Shown here: one piece after another, positions 50,576-63,489 of the stretch
How positions within the stretch are numbered: the first letter of the stretch is position 1
Layout of the letters: the number at the start of each line of letters is the position of its first letter
From: Octopus sinensis
Taxonomy: Eukaryota
Length of the DNA: 64,000 nt
Assembly (NCBI RefSeq): GCF_006345805.1
Contig: NC_043001.1
Span: 124,930,001-124,994,000, forward strand
Direction: 5' to 3'
Translations under genes and position numbers: made by a program
Notes under the pieces: model-generated
Told to the model about the DNA's origin: nothing
Seen by the model: the letters and a program-made list of their open reading frames with translations, nothing else
The model's database searches: none

Positions 50576-51849
50576 TCAGAACGTAAAAAGCTACAGTAAC
50601 ACCCCACCCCACCCCACCCCTTTGTGGTTAGCCATATTGAGATGGCTATTATATTTTCACAGCAAATCTAAATACACGTTTATTGTATATTGTATTCGGT
50701 ATGATTTGTTTACATGTGTATTACAAATCACGTTGTTTTGTAATCACATACTTATAAAAAGAGAGAGAGAGAGATAGTCCACAGAAGAGATCCCGAAATG
50801 CTCAATACAGAAAACACTTAATAGTGCTCAAATGATTTGAACTGACCCTCTGAAATCTTTATCGGAAATTAAGTCCGCAGGGTAAAGACTGGCCATGAAA
50901 GGTATCTTGGTGAGCTGATATGGAGATAATGATGTAAAAAAACAAACACGCTTGGGTTTGATACATAAAATATACATACGTATATGTATGTAAATATATA
51001 TAGGGAAATATGGAGGGAGAGACAAAATCTGAAGATATTCAAAAGATGAATATTTATGTATAAGCATATAGATATTTATTTATTTACAGAACAGGTTTAC
51101 ATGGAGTACAAGAGATACAGAAAACTAACGGGAGAGGGCATTGTATTTCAGCTCCGACTGCTGTTTCTAGTGGCTCGGAATTACGTAATAGTTGTAAGGT
51201 TGGCGGGTGGAGTGTGCAAAAAGTCAATACTATGCAAGCAGTAATGGCTGCACATAGACATTACCGTAAATTGGCCTCTGTCTTCAGAATAGAGAGATTG
51301 GTCGTGCACTTCAGTCACTTTCGAAATGAAATCAAAATCTCATAGCCTGAAGTATATACAAACAGTGTCAAAACTATTTTCGGTCTTGCAATAGCGCTAC
51401 ACATGTAGAATAAACTCAGATTATGCACTAGAAGCACTTCTGTAATATAAACATTACCAATACCACAAATTGAACGAATATTCGTTGTCCAATCGCTTGA
51501 AGCTGTTTCTTATTGTTCGAAAAAAATCACATTAAAGACTTATAGTGTTAAAAAAAATCACAATATACTACAGAGCCAAGCGAAACGAAATCGGAGATGA
51601 CACGTGTGCGTGGTATTGATAAGCTTCAAATGCAGCGAAATACTTATCTCCCTCTTTTGGGTTCGCTTCTTGGACGATTTTGTTTCGCCTAATTCTGAAT
51701 TATATTGGTTTTGGTTTTTTGTTTTTTTTTTAATTCTGTACGCATTAACGATATTTTTCCGCCCGATAAACTACAGCTTCTGGCGTTTAAGCAACACGTG
51801 CTTTAAGTATGTGGTACCGGCAAATTTTACATTATAGAGCCACTTTTGT

Positions 51850-51906
<57 letters not shown>

Positions 51907-52954
51907 TTAAATTCATATGAGCTAAGGTGCCTTCGGGCAAGATTACTGGTCTTATATTGTCCGATGACTGATTGCATCTTAAAAGTTTTCGAGTTATTAG
52001 TTCAAATTCCATTCATCCTTTCGAGGTCGATAAAATAAGTACCAGTTGGTCACTGTGGTCGATGTAATCGATTTAACCCCTTCCCCTTAATTACCAGCTT
52101 TGTTCAAAATTTTTAAACCAACATTAGTTTGCTTAATACGGCGTTGGTGTGTATTTCCAAAATTTTAGCAGATACTTCAAGAAGTAGCAGCATTTCTTAA
52201 CAATTTCCGACTTCGCGTTAAATAAATTGGTCAATATTAATCATTTTTCAGCTATACATAAGATGCATGTGTTAGGGCCAAAGATGTACGGTCTTCTCTG
52301 CTGTAAGATTTTCCCCTTAGTATCAACATTAGAATCAAACTTTTTAAAATACGAAATATGACTCCATAACATTATTGTAGTTTTTATCTCTCTGTATCTG
52401 AAGGTTGATGTTAGGTTTGCTGCTACACTGCTTAAACTAACATACTAGCATAGTGTGTACAGTCTATGCTGTGGTTTGTTTTAGTTGAGTTGGCTTGTAG
52501 TTCATGTATTATTATCATTGCATTTTGTTACTGGCCAATTGGGAATATATTTGCGTTTTACCAAATGTAGAATCACCAATGCATACCAACTTGATCAGTC
52601 ATTAAGTTAGTTGACTTGTGTGTTATATTTCTTTTATGTTAAAGTACTGTTGCAAGTCACTCTTGGACAGTTCCTGATTAATAGTTATTTATAGTGATGG
52701 TTAAAGGAGAAATGTTTATCTATGAGGGTTAGGAAATTCCTGGCAATGTTTAACGTAACATTTATGCATATGTGTGTGTTGTGTGTGTGTGTACGTATGT
52801 ATATGTATATATACACACACATATATATATATGTGTGTGTGTGTATGTGTATATACATATATACACATACATATAAAATACAATTACATATATGTACATA
52901 CATACATGCATACATACATACATACTTACATACATACATAAATACATACATACA

Positions 52955-53051
52955 GACAGACAGACATACATACAGACAGACAGACAGACATACATACAGA
53001 CAGACAGACAGACAGACATACATACATACATACATACATACATACATACAT

Positions 53052-53118
<67 letters not shown>
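52955..53118. repeat. (GACA)n/(CATA)n compound microsatellite
   Basis: Directly visible. Confidence 0.95.
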
Positions 53119-53642
53119 GGCATAAACATATATTGTCAAACTTATCACCTTGGTGTATGAATTCGGGGCTTAGATATCTGGTCCAATTTCCTGTACATAT
53201 CATATTCTGAAATACATGTATGATTTATTAACTCCAATTTGACTCTATGCCGCTTTCCGTATGAGTTTCAAAGGTAACTTCATTCGGCATTGATAACTTC
53301 TGTTCTTAAATTACCTAGAAAACAGTTGTGGTTTTAGCATTCCATCGAGTATATGTATGTAAATATCAGCATATTTGAATGTCTGTGTGTGTTTGTATGT
53401 CTATGCATGTGTGTGTATGTGTATTCATATGTATTTGCGTGTGCTTGCATACCATCACGGAACGGTACACTATATATATATATAATATATATATATATAT
53501 GTGTGTGTGGTGTGTGTGTGTGTGTGTGTGTGTGTGTGGATGTATGTATGTATGTATGTATGTATATATATGTATATATATATGTGTGTGTGTGTATGTA
53601 GTATATATATATATATATCTGTATGTATGTATGTATGTATAT

Positions 53643-53687
<45 letters not shown>

Positions 53688-53972
53688 TAAAAGTTTTCGT
53701 AAATTAGACTTATTGCAGCAAATATCATATTCCTTGGGCGGTTCAGAGTTTATTACATGTTATTTCCTGCAATACTTTACCGATTTTAGTATAGTAACCA
53801 GTGTTGGAAATGCATGTTTAGGGTGATAAATTTATGGAAGAAATTTTTGTTTATAACTTTTTGATAACCTTTGTCAGTTTTCAACCAATCTCTTATTAAA
53901 TCTGTTTCAAATCACCCTGTTTAGAATTCAGCTTAAAGACCATACCGCTATGTAGTTTTATGATTTTCCTGC

Positions 53973-54104
<132 letters not shown>

Positions 54105-54122
54105 TATTATATTATTATTATT

Positions 54123-54668
54123 GATTGAGAGAGCGTCGCATACCATCAGAGTGACACTTTGGTACAAATATACGAAGCCCAATATGCCCATCATGTCTAT
54201 CCATCTGATAAGGGTACATACATCACAGCCATATGTGCGCGACATGGTGATCCCATATCAAGACAAACAGCACACGACCTTGCAGGTGGGGCTCAATTAA
54301 AAAATTTTTCAGTTCGAGTCGCCCGTCCTGCTCAAAAGGTCCATGAATAAAGGTTGTTTAAGGATGATGAACGAAACACCCATGTTTCCAGCGGTGAATT
54401 ATTCAAACACACGAAGAATTCCTCTCGCACATGGCTAGGATGCTCCCCCAATACTTCTGCTCATTATCAGAGGTGCACATATTGTCAGCCAATAAGGGAC
54501 ATGCTCAACTGGTTAAGGTCAAACAAATGACAAGCAAATCTGTGATATTGAGCAGAATATTTGCTGTAGCCCATCTTTTATACTAAGACAAAACATCTAC
54601 ATGATAACACTTCCAGTCAGTTAAGATCAGAAGCCATGACAGCCACTGCCTGGTACTGCATCAGGGCA

Positions 54669-54669
<1 letters not shown>
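54123..54669 (-). mobile_element. ~550-bp non-coding element embedded in (TAA)n
   Basis: (TTA)n at 53973-54122 and 54669-54730; central part shared with 1095-1245; strand inferred from that match. Confidence 0.5.
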
Positions 54670-54731
<62 letters not shown>

Positions 54732-54943
54732 GGCGGCGAGCTAGCAGAATCGTTAGCTCGCTGGACGAAATGCTTGGCAGTATTTCGCCCGTCGCTACGT
54801 TCTGAGTTCAAATACCGCCGAGATCGATTTTAAAATTTATTCTTTGGGGGTCGATAAATTAAGTATCAGTGAAGCACTAGGGTTGATGTAATCGACTAGT
54901 CCCCTCCCCGCAAATTTCAGGCCTTGTGCCTTTAGTAGAAAGG

Positions 54944-54945
<2 letters not shown>
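54732..54945 (+). mobile_element. SINE-C variant ending in (TTA)n
   Basis: Family-C head and central domain; tail cttgtgcctttagtagaaagg(att)n. Confidence 0.7.
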
Positions 54946-55014
<69 letters not shown>

Positions 55015-55469
55015 TATTATTATTATTATTATTATTATTCTATGTTTGACTTTTGCTTTATATTTGTACAAGTTGGCTCCAAGTCTCACCCAGAGACCTC
55101 AAGCGACAATATTATTATTATTATTATTATTATTATTAGTTAGTGAAAAGAAAATGGACGATGCACAAAAAATCTTTTTCAAGCTCTCCGAAATACTGAT
55201 ATAGGCACAGGTTGGTGAAATTGATAAATGAATCACTGTTGTTATTGATCCTGTAATTACAAGCTGTCCAATGAGATCATAGGAGTCTGAAACTTAGTTC
55301 TTGAAGAATTTCCAATGAAGTCATTTGCAGAAATACAAATACACTACGACTATTTAGATAATTTTACGCCCCTTCTCTTTTCTTCAGTCATCATTAGTTC
55401 ATTTGTCTGTAAAGCGCTAAACACTACCATAACTCAAGCGAAACCGCCAATCGCCATATCTATTTATTT

Positions 55470-55773
55470 AACAATTGCAGCGTGGAAGGTGTTTGTAAGC
55501 CATTTAAGAAACACACAAAAGCCGTTCGATTCACTTCAACATTTAAGTTTAATTTGTCAAAATATTTTCGTCGCTAAAATCCGCGACCTGTTCACTGACA
55601 AAAATCCGTGCTGCATCTGAGCTCATATGCAGCACGGATTTTTGTCAGTGAACAGGTCGCGGATTTTAGCGACGAAAATATTTTGACAAATTAAACTTAA
55701 ATGTTAAAGTGAATCGAACGGCTTTTGTGTGTTTCTTAAATGGCTTACAAACACCTTCCACGCTGCAATTGTT
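55470..55773. repeat. Near-perfect foldback palindrome (147-bp arms, 10-nt loop); MITE-like
   Basis: 55470-55616 is the reverse complement of 55627-55773 with very few mismatches. Confidence 0.9.
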
Positions 55774-56717
55774 TTCGTTCCAGCACACGATCTCAGATCA
55801 AATCACTTGCTATGCGAGTACATCTCCGTATTTCTTTAACTTTGATCAGGAATGATTCAATGGTTAAAAACTCGCTTTACAACGAAGAATTCCAGGGTTC
55901 TGTCCAACAGAGAGCATTTACTATAATATCTGGTTGATTCTAGCCTTCTAGATGGACTAAAGTAAATGGAAACAATATAGAAGCCTGTCAGATGGACTAT
56001 ACCTGTAATTCATAGGCCCAATCTGCTAATTCTAGAGACGGTCATGGAGCGGTTATCTCTCCTGTCAGTGTATATATATTGCGCTCTTCTTGCAGCATTA
56101 AGAGTTTTAACTCTTATTTCTAGCAATTTTGCATGCCTACTGCTCGCACAATGTACCATGCTTACTGGAGAATTACATAAGCACCACACTTGACTGTGGA
56201 ATTCTCAGCCACTTCGTACGCTAATTCAACAGTTGGTTGTTCAATTGATTCGTATCTTCAACACAGATTCACTTTAGCAGATGTTTTTCTCTTTTATTAA
56301 CTGTAAATAGGGGAGGCGAATTGACAGAATCGTTACAGCATCGGACGGAATATTTCGTGGTATTTGTTTCCAACTCTCTGCGATCTGAGTTCAAAATCCG
56401 GCCGAAATCTGTTTTACCCTTCATCCTTTCATGTTGAGCGTGGGATTAGCGGGACTGGATGTCTCATGCTGTTTATTCAAGCTCTTTGTGCTTTGAGTTC
56501 AAATTCGGTCAATGCTTACTTTATTCGCCTGGATTAACACCATTATCTGGTCCCTTTAGTTCCTTTAGCGGAAGCATTTATTCCGTTGCAAACACTTAGG
56601 GCCAGGAATCTGGTTTGAACATAATTTTTTCCTTCTTTTCCATCAGTCTTGAAAGCTCTGAAAAGGCTTGAGGGCATACTTTTGCTCCTGACTAAAAAAA
56701 AATATTTTTATCTGATA

Positions 56718-57192
56718 TCTATATATATAAAACTGTAGTTGTGTGAGTGTCTGTCTCCTACGATTTAGATTCCTAACTACTCCCACATTTTGCAGTGCAG
56801 TTTAATCAAATTCGGGTATCTTATAGTCGTGATTCATATCGAGCCCGTCTGGGTATTAGCGCGCGTCTATGATGAGTCTACGATTTTAAAAATAATTTAA
56901 CATCATTTTTTTTCCATTTTAACGCATATTTTTTCGTGTGTCGATGGCGGCGGAGTTGGCGTCCACGCTCACACCTGCACCTGTGGGGAAGGGTGTGTAA
57001 GGAAATCAACGTCGTAATGCGTTGTCAAGGAGACCAGCATTCTTTTAGAACAACGACTTCATGGCTTGAAGACACCAAAACAGAAATGGCTAAGAAAGCC
57101 CGAATTGGCATCTATAAGGGAAGTAACTCTCTAAAAATGCTTATATAGTTATTTCCCTTACAAACCCGAGCAACGCCGGGCGATACTGCTAG
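56718..57192 (+). mobile_element. Non-autonomous Helitron-like element
   Basis: Inserted A|TC...CTAG|T; subterminal hairpin cccgagcaacgccggg; 3' end shared with 44649-45031. Confidence 0.75.
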
Positions 57193-57671
57193 TTTTTAAT
57201 AAATTTTTTTTTTAGAAACATATTGATCTCGCAGAATTGTGCAGCGATTAACAGAGTGAACTACTTAGTCATGGTTATGTTAATGGTGTTAGGGTTGTTA
57301 TTGTTATTCAACTCCAGGTCTTCACTGATCGAGAAGTATTCCTTTGATCAAAGACATTCCAGTCGTAACCATCTTGTTGATTTTAGGGTATAACTACGAT
57401 TAGCGTGCCTAATGTGATGTAGGCAGAGTCCACTCTATTGTCAGCAATTAGGCCAAGTCTTCTAGTTTAATAATCATCTCCTCCCTTTCGCTCTTTTACC
57501 CTTTGACTCTTCCACGCTTGCTCCCTTCCTCTCACCAGTTTCAGATGCTCCGATAATAAAGGAGCAAGAGCGTTACTCTTCCCTCCCTGGCAAAAAGTAT
57601 TTTAAAGAAGACAAAGAACAATAGCAGTAATGACTTTGATCACATTTCTCCTATTTTTTTTCTCCTTTAGC

Positions 57672-58045
57672 ACTCCGTCGGTTACGACGATGAGGGTTCC
57701 GGTTGATCCGAATCAACGGACAGCCTGCTCGTGAAATTAACGTGTAAGTGGCTGAGCACTCCACAGACACGTGCACCTTAACGTAGTTCTCGGGGATATT
57801 CAGCGTGACACAGAGAGTGACAAGGCCGGCCCTTTGAAATACAGGTACAACAGAAACAGGAAGTAAGAGTGAGAGAAGTTGTGTGAAAGAGAACAGCAGG
57901 GATCACCACCATCCCCTGCCGGAGCCTCGTGGAGCTTTTAGGTGTTTTCGCTCAATAAACACTCACAACGCCCGGTCTGGGAATCGAAACCGCGATCCTA
58001 TGACCGCGAGTCCGCTGCCCTAACCACTGGGCCATTGCGCCTCCA
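57672..58045 (-). mobile_element. SINE family A, TSD cacatttctccta
   Basis: Family match; 13-mer at 57641-57653 and 58046-58058. Confidence 0.85.
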
Positions 58046-58299
58046 CACATTTCTCCTACATCAGCAACAATACATAGTAACGAACCAGAAAGCCTTTCTA
58101 CAGACACTAGATCTGCGACAAAAAAGTAGCCAAATCTTTTTTCGGATCGCATCCTACAGTCTTATATAAAGACTAGCACATTTATTTAATTTTTGTTCAG
58201 GCAGCTCCCGTGATCCATGTTAAAAGACCAGAAAATAGCGGAAGAAGAGAAAGAAATTATCACCAGTTCCAGAGACTCTGACTCAAATACTTGCAACAG

Positions 58300-58385
58300 A
58301 GTGAATTCTACAAAAGACACAGTGAGGCGAACTAGGGGGTGGTGTTAAACAAGGCGACTTATTAAGTCTGCCATTCATTGAACAG
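58300..58385 (+). pseudogene. Tiny non-LTR RT remnant
   Basis: Reads GGVKQGDLLSLPF (GV.QG..LS motif) only. Confidence 0.3.
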
Positions 58386-58898
58386 TGCGTCCACGATACA
58401 CATATAGACAGAATGATTTCGGCTGTAACATCTTTCGTGAAAAGTGTGCTGGATAGGATTGAGTTGTTATTTAAACAACAACAACAACGACAAAATATTT
58501 ACATCTAAATAGTTCAATCGTATGCTCTGTCTATAGGTGCTATTTTTACAGTTTCTCCTGCACCACTTCTGTCGTATTTCATCGTTCAATTCACAAACTT
58601 CTGTAACTCTATTCAGCCTTATCTCTCAGTTACCAAACTCCATTTCCTTGAGCAACCGAGCATGGTATATGCCGACTCTCACTTTATGGAGTAATATATT
58701 ATTTCCCTTCTCTTTTGTTTTCTCCTTCTCTAACCCTTTCTCTTTCTTTCTTTTTTTTCTGTTTTTTTTTTTTTTCGCTTTTTATTCATTGACATTAAAA
58801 CTTACAATGAAAGCATAAGAGAATAACACATCAAAAGGCATCAACAGCAACAATAACAACCACAACAACTGCTACTACTGCTACTACTACTACTACTA

Positions 58899-58938
<40 letters not shown>

Positions 58939-59170
58939 GCTACTGCTGCTGCTACACGGATAACAACATGGAAACCGCAGCAAGGGATCAGGTAGAGACA
59001 AGACGTAAGAAAAGAGTTTGTTGTAAAAAGAGAAAATGTGGTAAGCAGATTAATGAGATGAGAAAGAGAAAGGAATATTGCTAAGCATATGTGTGTGAGT
59101 GTACGTATGCATATATATGTGTGTGTGTGTGTGGTGTGTGTGTGTGTGTGCGTGTATGTATACATATATG

Positions 59171-59201
<31 letters not shown>

Positions 59202-59232
59202 ATATGTGTGTGCGTGTATGTATACATATATG

Positions 59233-59263
<31 letters not shown>

Positions 59264-59524
59264 ATATGTGTGTGCGTGTATGTATGCATATATGTATATG
59301 TTTGTAAGTATACACACACGTGCACACACATACACACATATATACACATATACGTATGCATGTATTTAATTATGTGCATATGTAACTGTGTATCAATGTG
59401 TATACACACACACACACATATATATATATATACATGTATGTATATTATATATATATATATATATATGTGTGTGTATGTATATAATATATATACATGTATG
59501 TATATATGTATATATATATACATG

Positions 59525-59565
<41 letters not shown>

Positions 59566-59591
59566 ATAATATATATATATATACATGTATG

Positions 59592-59622
<31 letters not shown>

Positions 59623-59655
59623 ATATATATATATATATCCATGTATGTATATATA

Positions 59656-59691
<36 letters not shown>

Positions 59692-59837
59692 TGTATGTAT
59701 GTGTGTGTGTGTATGTATGTATGAAAGTAATCTTTGTCTCCAGCTTCACGTGGATGTTGTGTTAGGACATAGATTACTGCACTATTTACTTTGAGAAGAA
59801 CTTAGGTAAATAACGCAGTAGTCTTTGTCCTAATAGC

Positions 59838-59960
59838 AGAAGCGCGTGGTTTGGTGGTTAGAGTGTTGGATTCGTGATCGTAAGACTGTGGTTTCGTTCC
59901 TGGACCGGGCAATGCGTTGTGTTCTTGAGCAAAATGCTTCATTTCACGTTGCTCCTGTCC
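59838..59960 (+). mobile_element. SINE-D-type head
   Basis: tgtgttcttgagcaaaatgcttcatttcacgttgctcc following a tRNA-like head. Confidence 0.6.
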
Positions 59961-61381
59961 GCCAATTTCATTTTGAAAACGAAGTGGTGTAATGACGTGT
60001 AATCTGCGCGTTCTGCTGTGAGTCGTAAACAGTTTCGAAAATATTTTTATGACTAGTAACATCATCAACGCTGAATATGAATTGTGTTATGTTAATTCCT
60101 GGCATGTTTCATGACATCACAATGTATCTTTAGGCATGATGCATCTGCGTATAACCTGAAAGGTCATCTCACCTGTCAGTGTATACATATTGTACTCTTG
60201 CAGCATTAAGAGTCTTTAACTCTTATTTCTAGCAATATAGGTGTTTCGATACCCTCAGTCACATTTCGTGACGATGAAATTTTTCCTTTATGGTATTATA
60301 TTGGTATTATATTAATTTTTAATGTACGCGTTAGCATTTCGCTAAATCAACTATACATTTATGTGGGGGAAATGTATACATGCAAATGGATTTAGCCAAA
60401 ATATCAACTGTTCCAGTAGTCACTACTGATGATGCCAACGAAATAGACAAAACTAGTCTAGTCTACTAATTCTAGAGACAGTCATGGGGCGGTTACCTCT
60501 CCTGTCAGTGTATATGTATTGTGCTCTTCTTGCAGCTTTAAGAGTTTTAACTCTTATTTCTAGCAATATAGGTACTTCGGCACCCTCAGTCACATTTAGT
60601 GACTATAAAATTTTTCTCCTATATATATGTGTGTGTACACACACACACACGCACACACACACACACACACAAATATGACATAGAAGTAGCACTAATATCG
60701 TAAAATATATCAACGGTTTTTATGAGCTCATTTACTAACACCGTGTTAAACTCTAATCCATTACTTCTCTGCGATAAATGTTGGTGAAATAGATTTGCAT
60801 GTATATGAAGAACCCTTCTAAAGCGATGGTTGAACGCAGCGTATTTGAAACAATAGAAAGGTTGGAGAATAGAAATTTCACAGATGGCTTATAACGTATT
60901 AGTTCTCTACGGCTGTTTCAATAGATACAGTAAAAACATCATCACTTCTATAATTAGGTAACTAAAATATATGATTAATCAAAATAATGCTACTGAAAGC
61001 AGTTGCAGCATTTTCATTTCCGTTTTTTTTTACTTTTTATCCCGAGAAAAAGGAGAACACATATTTATTTTTTTAATGAATTAATTAGGTAAGATATTAT
61101 ATAATTGATGATGTTTTATCCTCTGAGTTGAAACAGCTGTAGAAAGCAATCAAATAGTAAATCATCTGTGAAATTTCTGCTTTCCTGTCTCTTTGTTGTA
61201 TGTGTGTGTGTGTGTGCATGTGAGTGTGCGCGTGCGTGTGTATGATTTATCACCAGAAGTGCTGAATTACAGGACTCAATACAAATATAGTGTGGTATTT
61301 AATACATTTGTTGTGTGAGAGTACGACGCCCCCTGGCGAGAATGGACTGGACCACTACGTATAAAAAGTACCGGTCTGAGT

Positions 61382-63249
61382 AAGTGACGTAGTTCATGCT
61401 AGTTTTTTCTGGTCAGTTTAATCATTTTTTGATCCCTGTTAGACGTGAGTCGTATTGTTTATCAGTTGTTGAAGGTCTCCCGTAAGGGTGAACCTAACTG
61501 TTGAATCGAATTGTTGAATAGTTAGTTGCTGTTTTTTGCAGTGATTTTGTGTTTGTTCTCTTCCCCATTTGTGGGTGAAGTAGAGGAAGAGGGAAGAATG
61601 GAGTGCGAACCAGTTCCAGCCGGCAGCTGTGTTTCAGCCACTGGAAGAAGTTTAACTGCAGACGTATAACAGGTTCGAGAGGTGAAGATGGAGCAAAGGA
61701 AGTTAAAGGAGTTCAACGGACTGATCGAGAAGGAGGAAACCAGTTTGAGGTTGAACCCGCCGCAAGATTTTACAGCTAGTGTAACGAAGCGGACAGTGGT
61801 ATATAGAACGTTGTCCACAGCAACGAAAAGAATAGAAATATCTACAGTAGAGGCCATAGAGAAATGGCTGAAGGAGGTAAAAAGCCTCACAACTTTCTAC
61901 ACCAAATGGAGAAGATACGGAACAGTGAAGGTAAGGTTCGCTAGCGAACAAGAAGGGAGAAACCATTCCACTGTGACGCTAAGAACACCAGAGTGGATAC
62001 TTCTGCCAACTTACTGTGACAAACGAGTGGCCAGGGTAAGGATTGGCAGAGTACCTCCGGAGATAGAGAAGGTGTGGCTGGTAGCAGCAGTTATGTATAA
62101 TAGGGAGGAAGACGCAAAAGTTTTAAAAGTAACAAGGACGAAAGAGGTAAACTGCTGGGGATACGGCCTAGAGGTGGCCATCCAAGTCAGTTTACAAGAC
62201 TTGCACAAGATAGCGGAGGAGGTGATACTGCCGGAGGATGTGAAAATGAGAGCAGTGGTGGAGGGAAGACCTCCAGCCTGTTACCAGTGTGGAGTAAGGG
62301 GACACATGAGAGCAAGGTGTCCCCAGAAAGACGATAAAGGTATAGAGGAACTGGAGCATCAGGGTGCCGAGCGGGAGCAGAGTGACGAAGTGACGGTCCC
62401 AGTGAGTGAGATGTGTTCGGAGAGGGTGGAGGAGGAGTGTACGGTAGTAGATGAGAAGCAGCAAGGTGCTGAGCGGGGGTAGAGTGGCGAAGAGACGGTC
62501 CCAGTAAGTGAGAAGTGTTCGGAGAAGTTGGAATATACTGTGGTAAATAAGAAAAAGAAAAAGACGGAAAACGTGGACGCACCGCCAAAGAGTCCACTAA
62601 AGAAAAGAAAGGAAAATAAACGGGAAGATGCACAGCAGGAGACTCCAACATCAACAAGGGAAGCCAATGTGAAAAATAAAGTGAGATTGCAAGAACAAGT
62701 AACAAAAAAAAGGAACCGAAAAATAAATGGCACATGGTGACATATTCGAAAAGCACGGATATTGAAAAAAGATAACTAAAATGAAGTCGGTAATAAGATT
62801 GAAGCTAACAACGGAATATTATCCAGAGAGTACCAAGGCAATTGTAATTGACAAAGAGAGATGTGCAAGACTGAGAAAATTGTTTGGAGATAGGATAGAC
62901 CCAACAGGAGTACGCGTGGAGTTCGACGACTTGCCGCCAGTAATTGACTATGAGGACCTACTGCCTTACATAAAATGGCAAAAAGGAAAAAAGGAAATGT
63001 TTGAAATTCTAATGACTGTAAAACAGATGCACAAAGGAAAAAAAAAGAAAAAAAAATGGTTTTAAAACGTTAGACTAAAACATTTAAATGTTACTGCTTG
63101 CGAGTGGGGAGTATGCAGCCATTTCATCTTCATTTATTATTGTTCCTCTTTCATTCGTTCGTTCTGTGTTTTTTGTCCCCACTGTGGTGTTCTGTATGTC
63201 CTTGTGAGGTCTCCTCTGTGAACAAGCCTGAGTGCTTTAATAAAGAAAA
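61382..63249 (+). mobile_element. ORF1-only non-LTR retroelement (HAL1-like, L1/Tx1-type ORF1)
   Basis: 5' UTR, ORF1, short 3' UTR ending aataaagaaaa; flanked by GAGT direct repeats; no EN/RT coding sequence. Confidence 0.6.
61598..62740 (+). pseudogene. LINE ORF1-like nucleic-acid-binding protein (RRM-like + CCHC knuckle) with two in-frame stops
   Basis: Same frame from ATG 61598 to TGA 62740, with TAA at 61667 and TAG at 62480; EGRPPACYQCGVRGHMRARC (C-X2-C-X4-H-X4-C). Confidence 0.75.
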
Positions 63250-63489
63250 GAGTCCGTGCTAGTTCCACAGTTCGAGTGTTGATAGTTCAAAGCTGGAGTT
63301 CAAAGTTTACAGTTCGAGTTAACGTGTTGGATTGCTTGGTTTCTAAAAAAGATTATTGTTACATTCCGTGTGGTTACTACTGTTTGTTTCGATTATATTG
63401 TTATTACACTGTTGCAGTATATTCGTTTATCCATAAGGATATAACATCTGGCGACGAGGGTCGTTCGAAACTCACATTGGTTGTTTGAC

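Larger units (their letters stand above)
56025..60600 (+). repeat. Three local copies of a ~100-135-bp repeat (56025-56127, 60165-60265, 60465-60600)
   Basis: ctgtcagtgtata...gcagc(a/t)ttaagagt..taactcttatttctagcaat is shared. Confidence 0.8.
61309..63446 (+). mobile_element. Gypsy 5' LTR (~266 bp: 61309-61381 + 63254-63446) split by a 1.87-kb insertion
   Basis: TGTT...AACA termini; tataaaaa at 61360; PBS-like TGGCGACGAG at 63449 directly after the end. Confidence 0.6.

Noticed and set aside
61100-61146. TTGATGA...GAAAC-AGCT-GTA with palindromic stem III
   Set aside because: Stems I and II do not pair; treated as an uncallable remnant.
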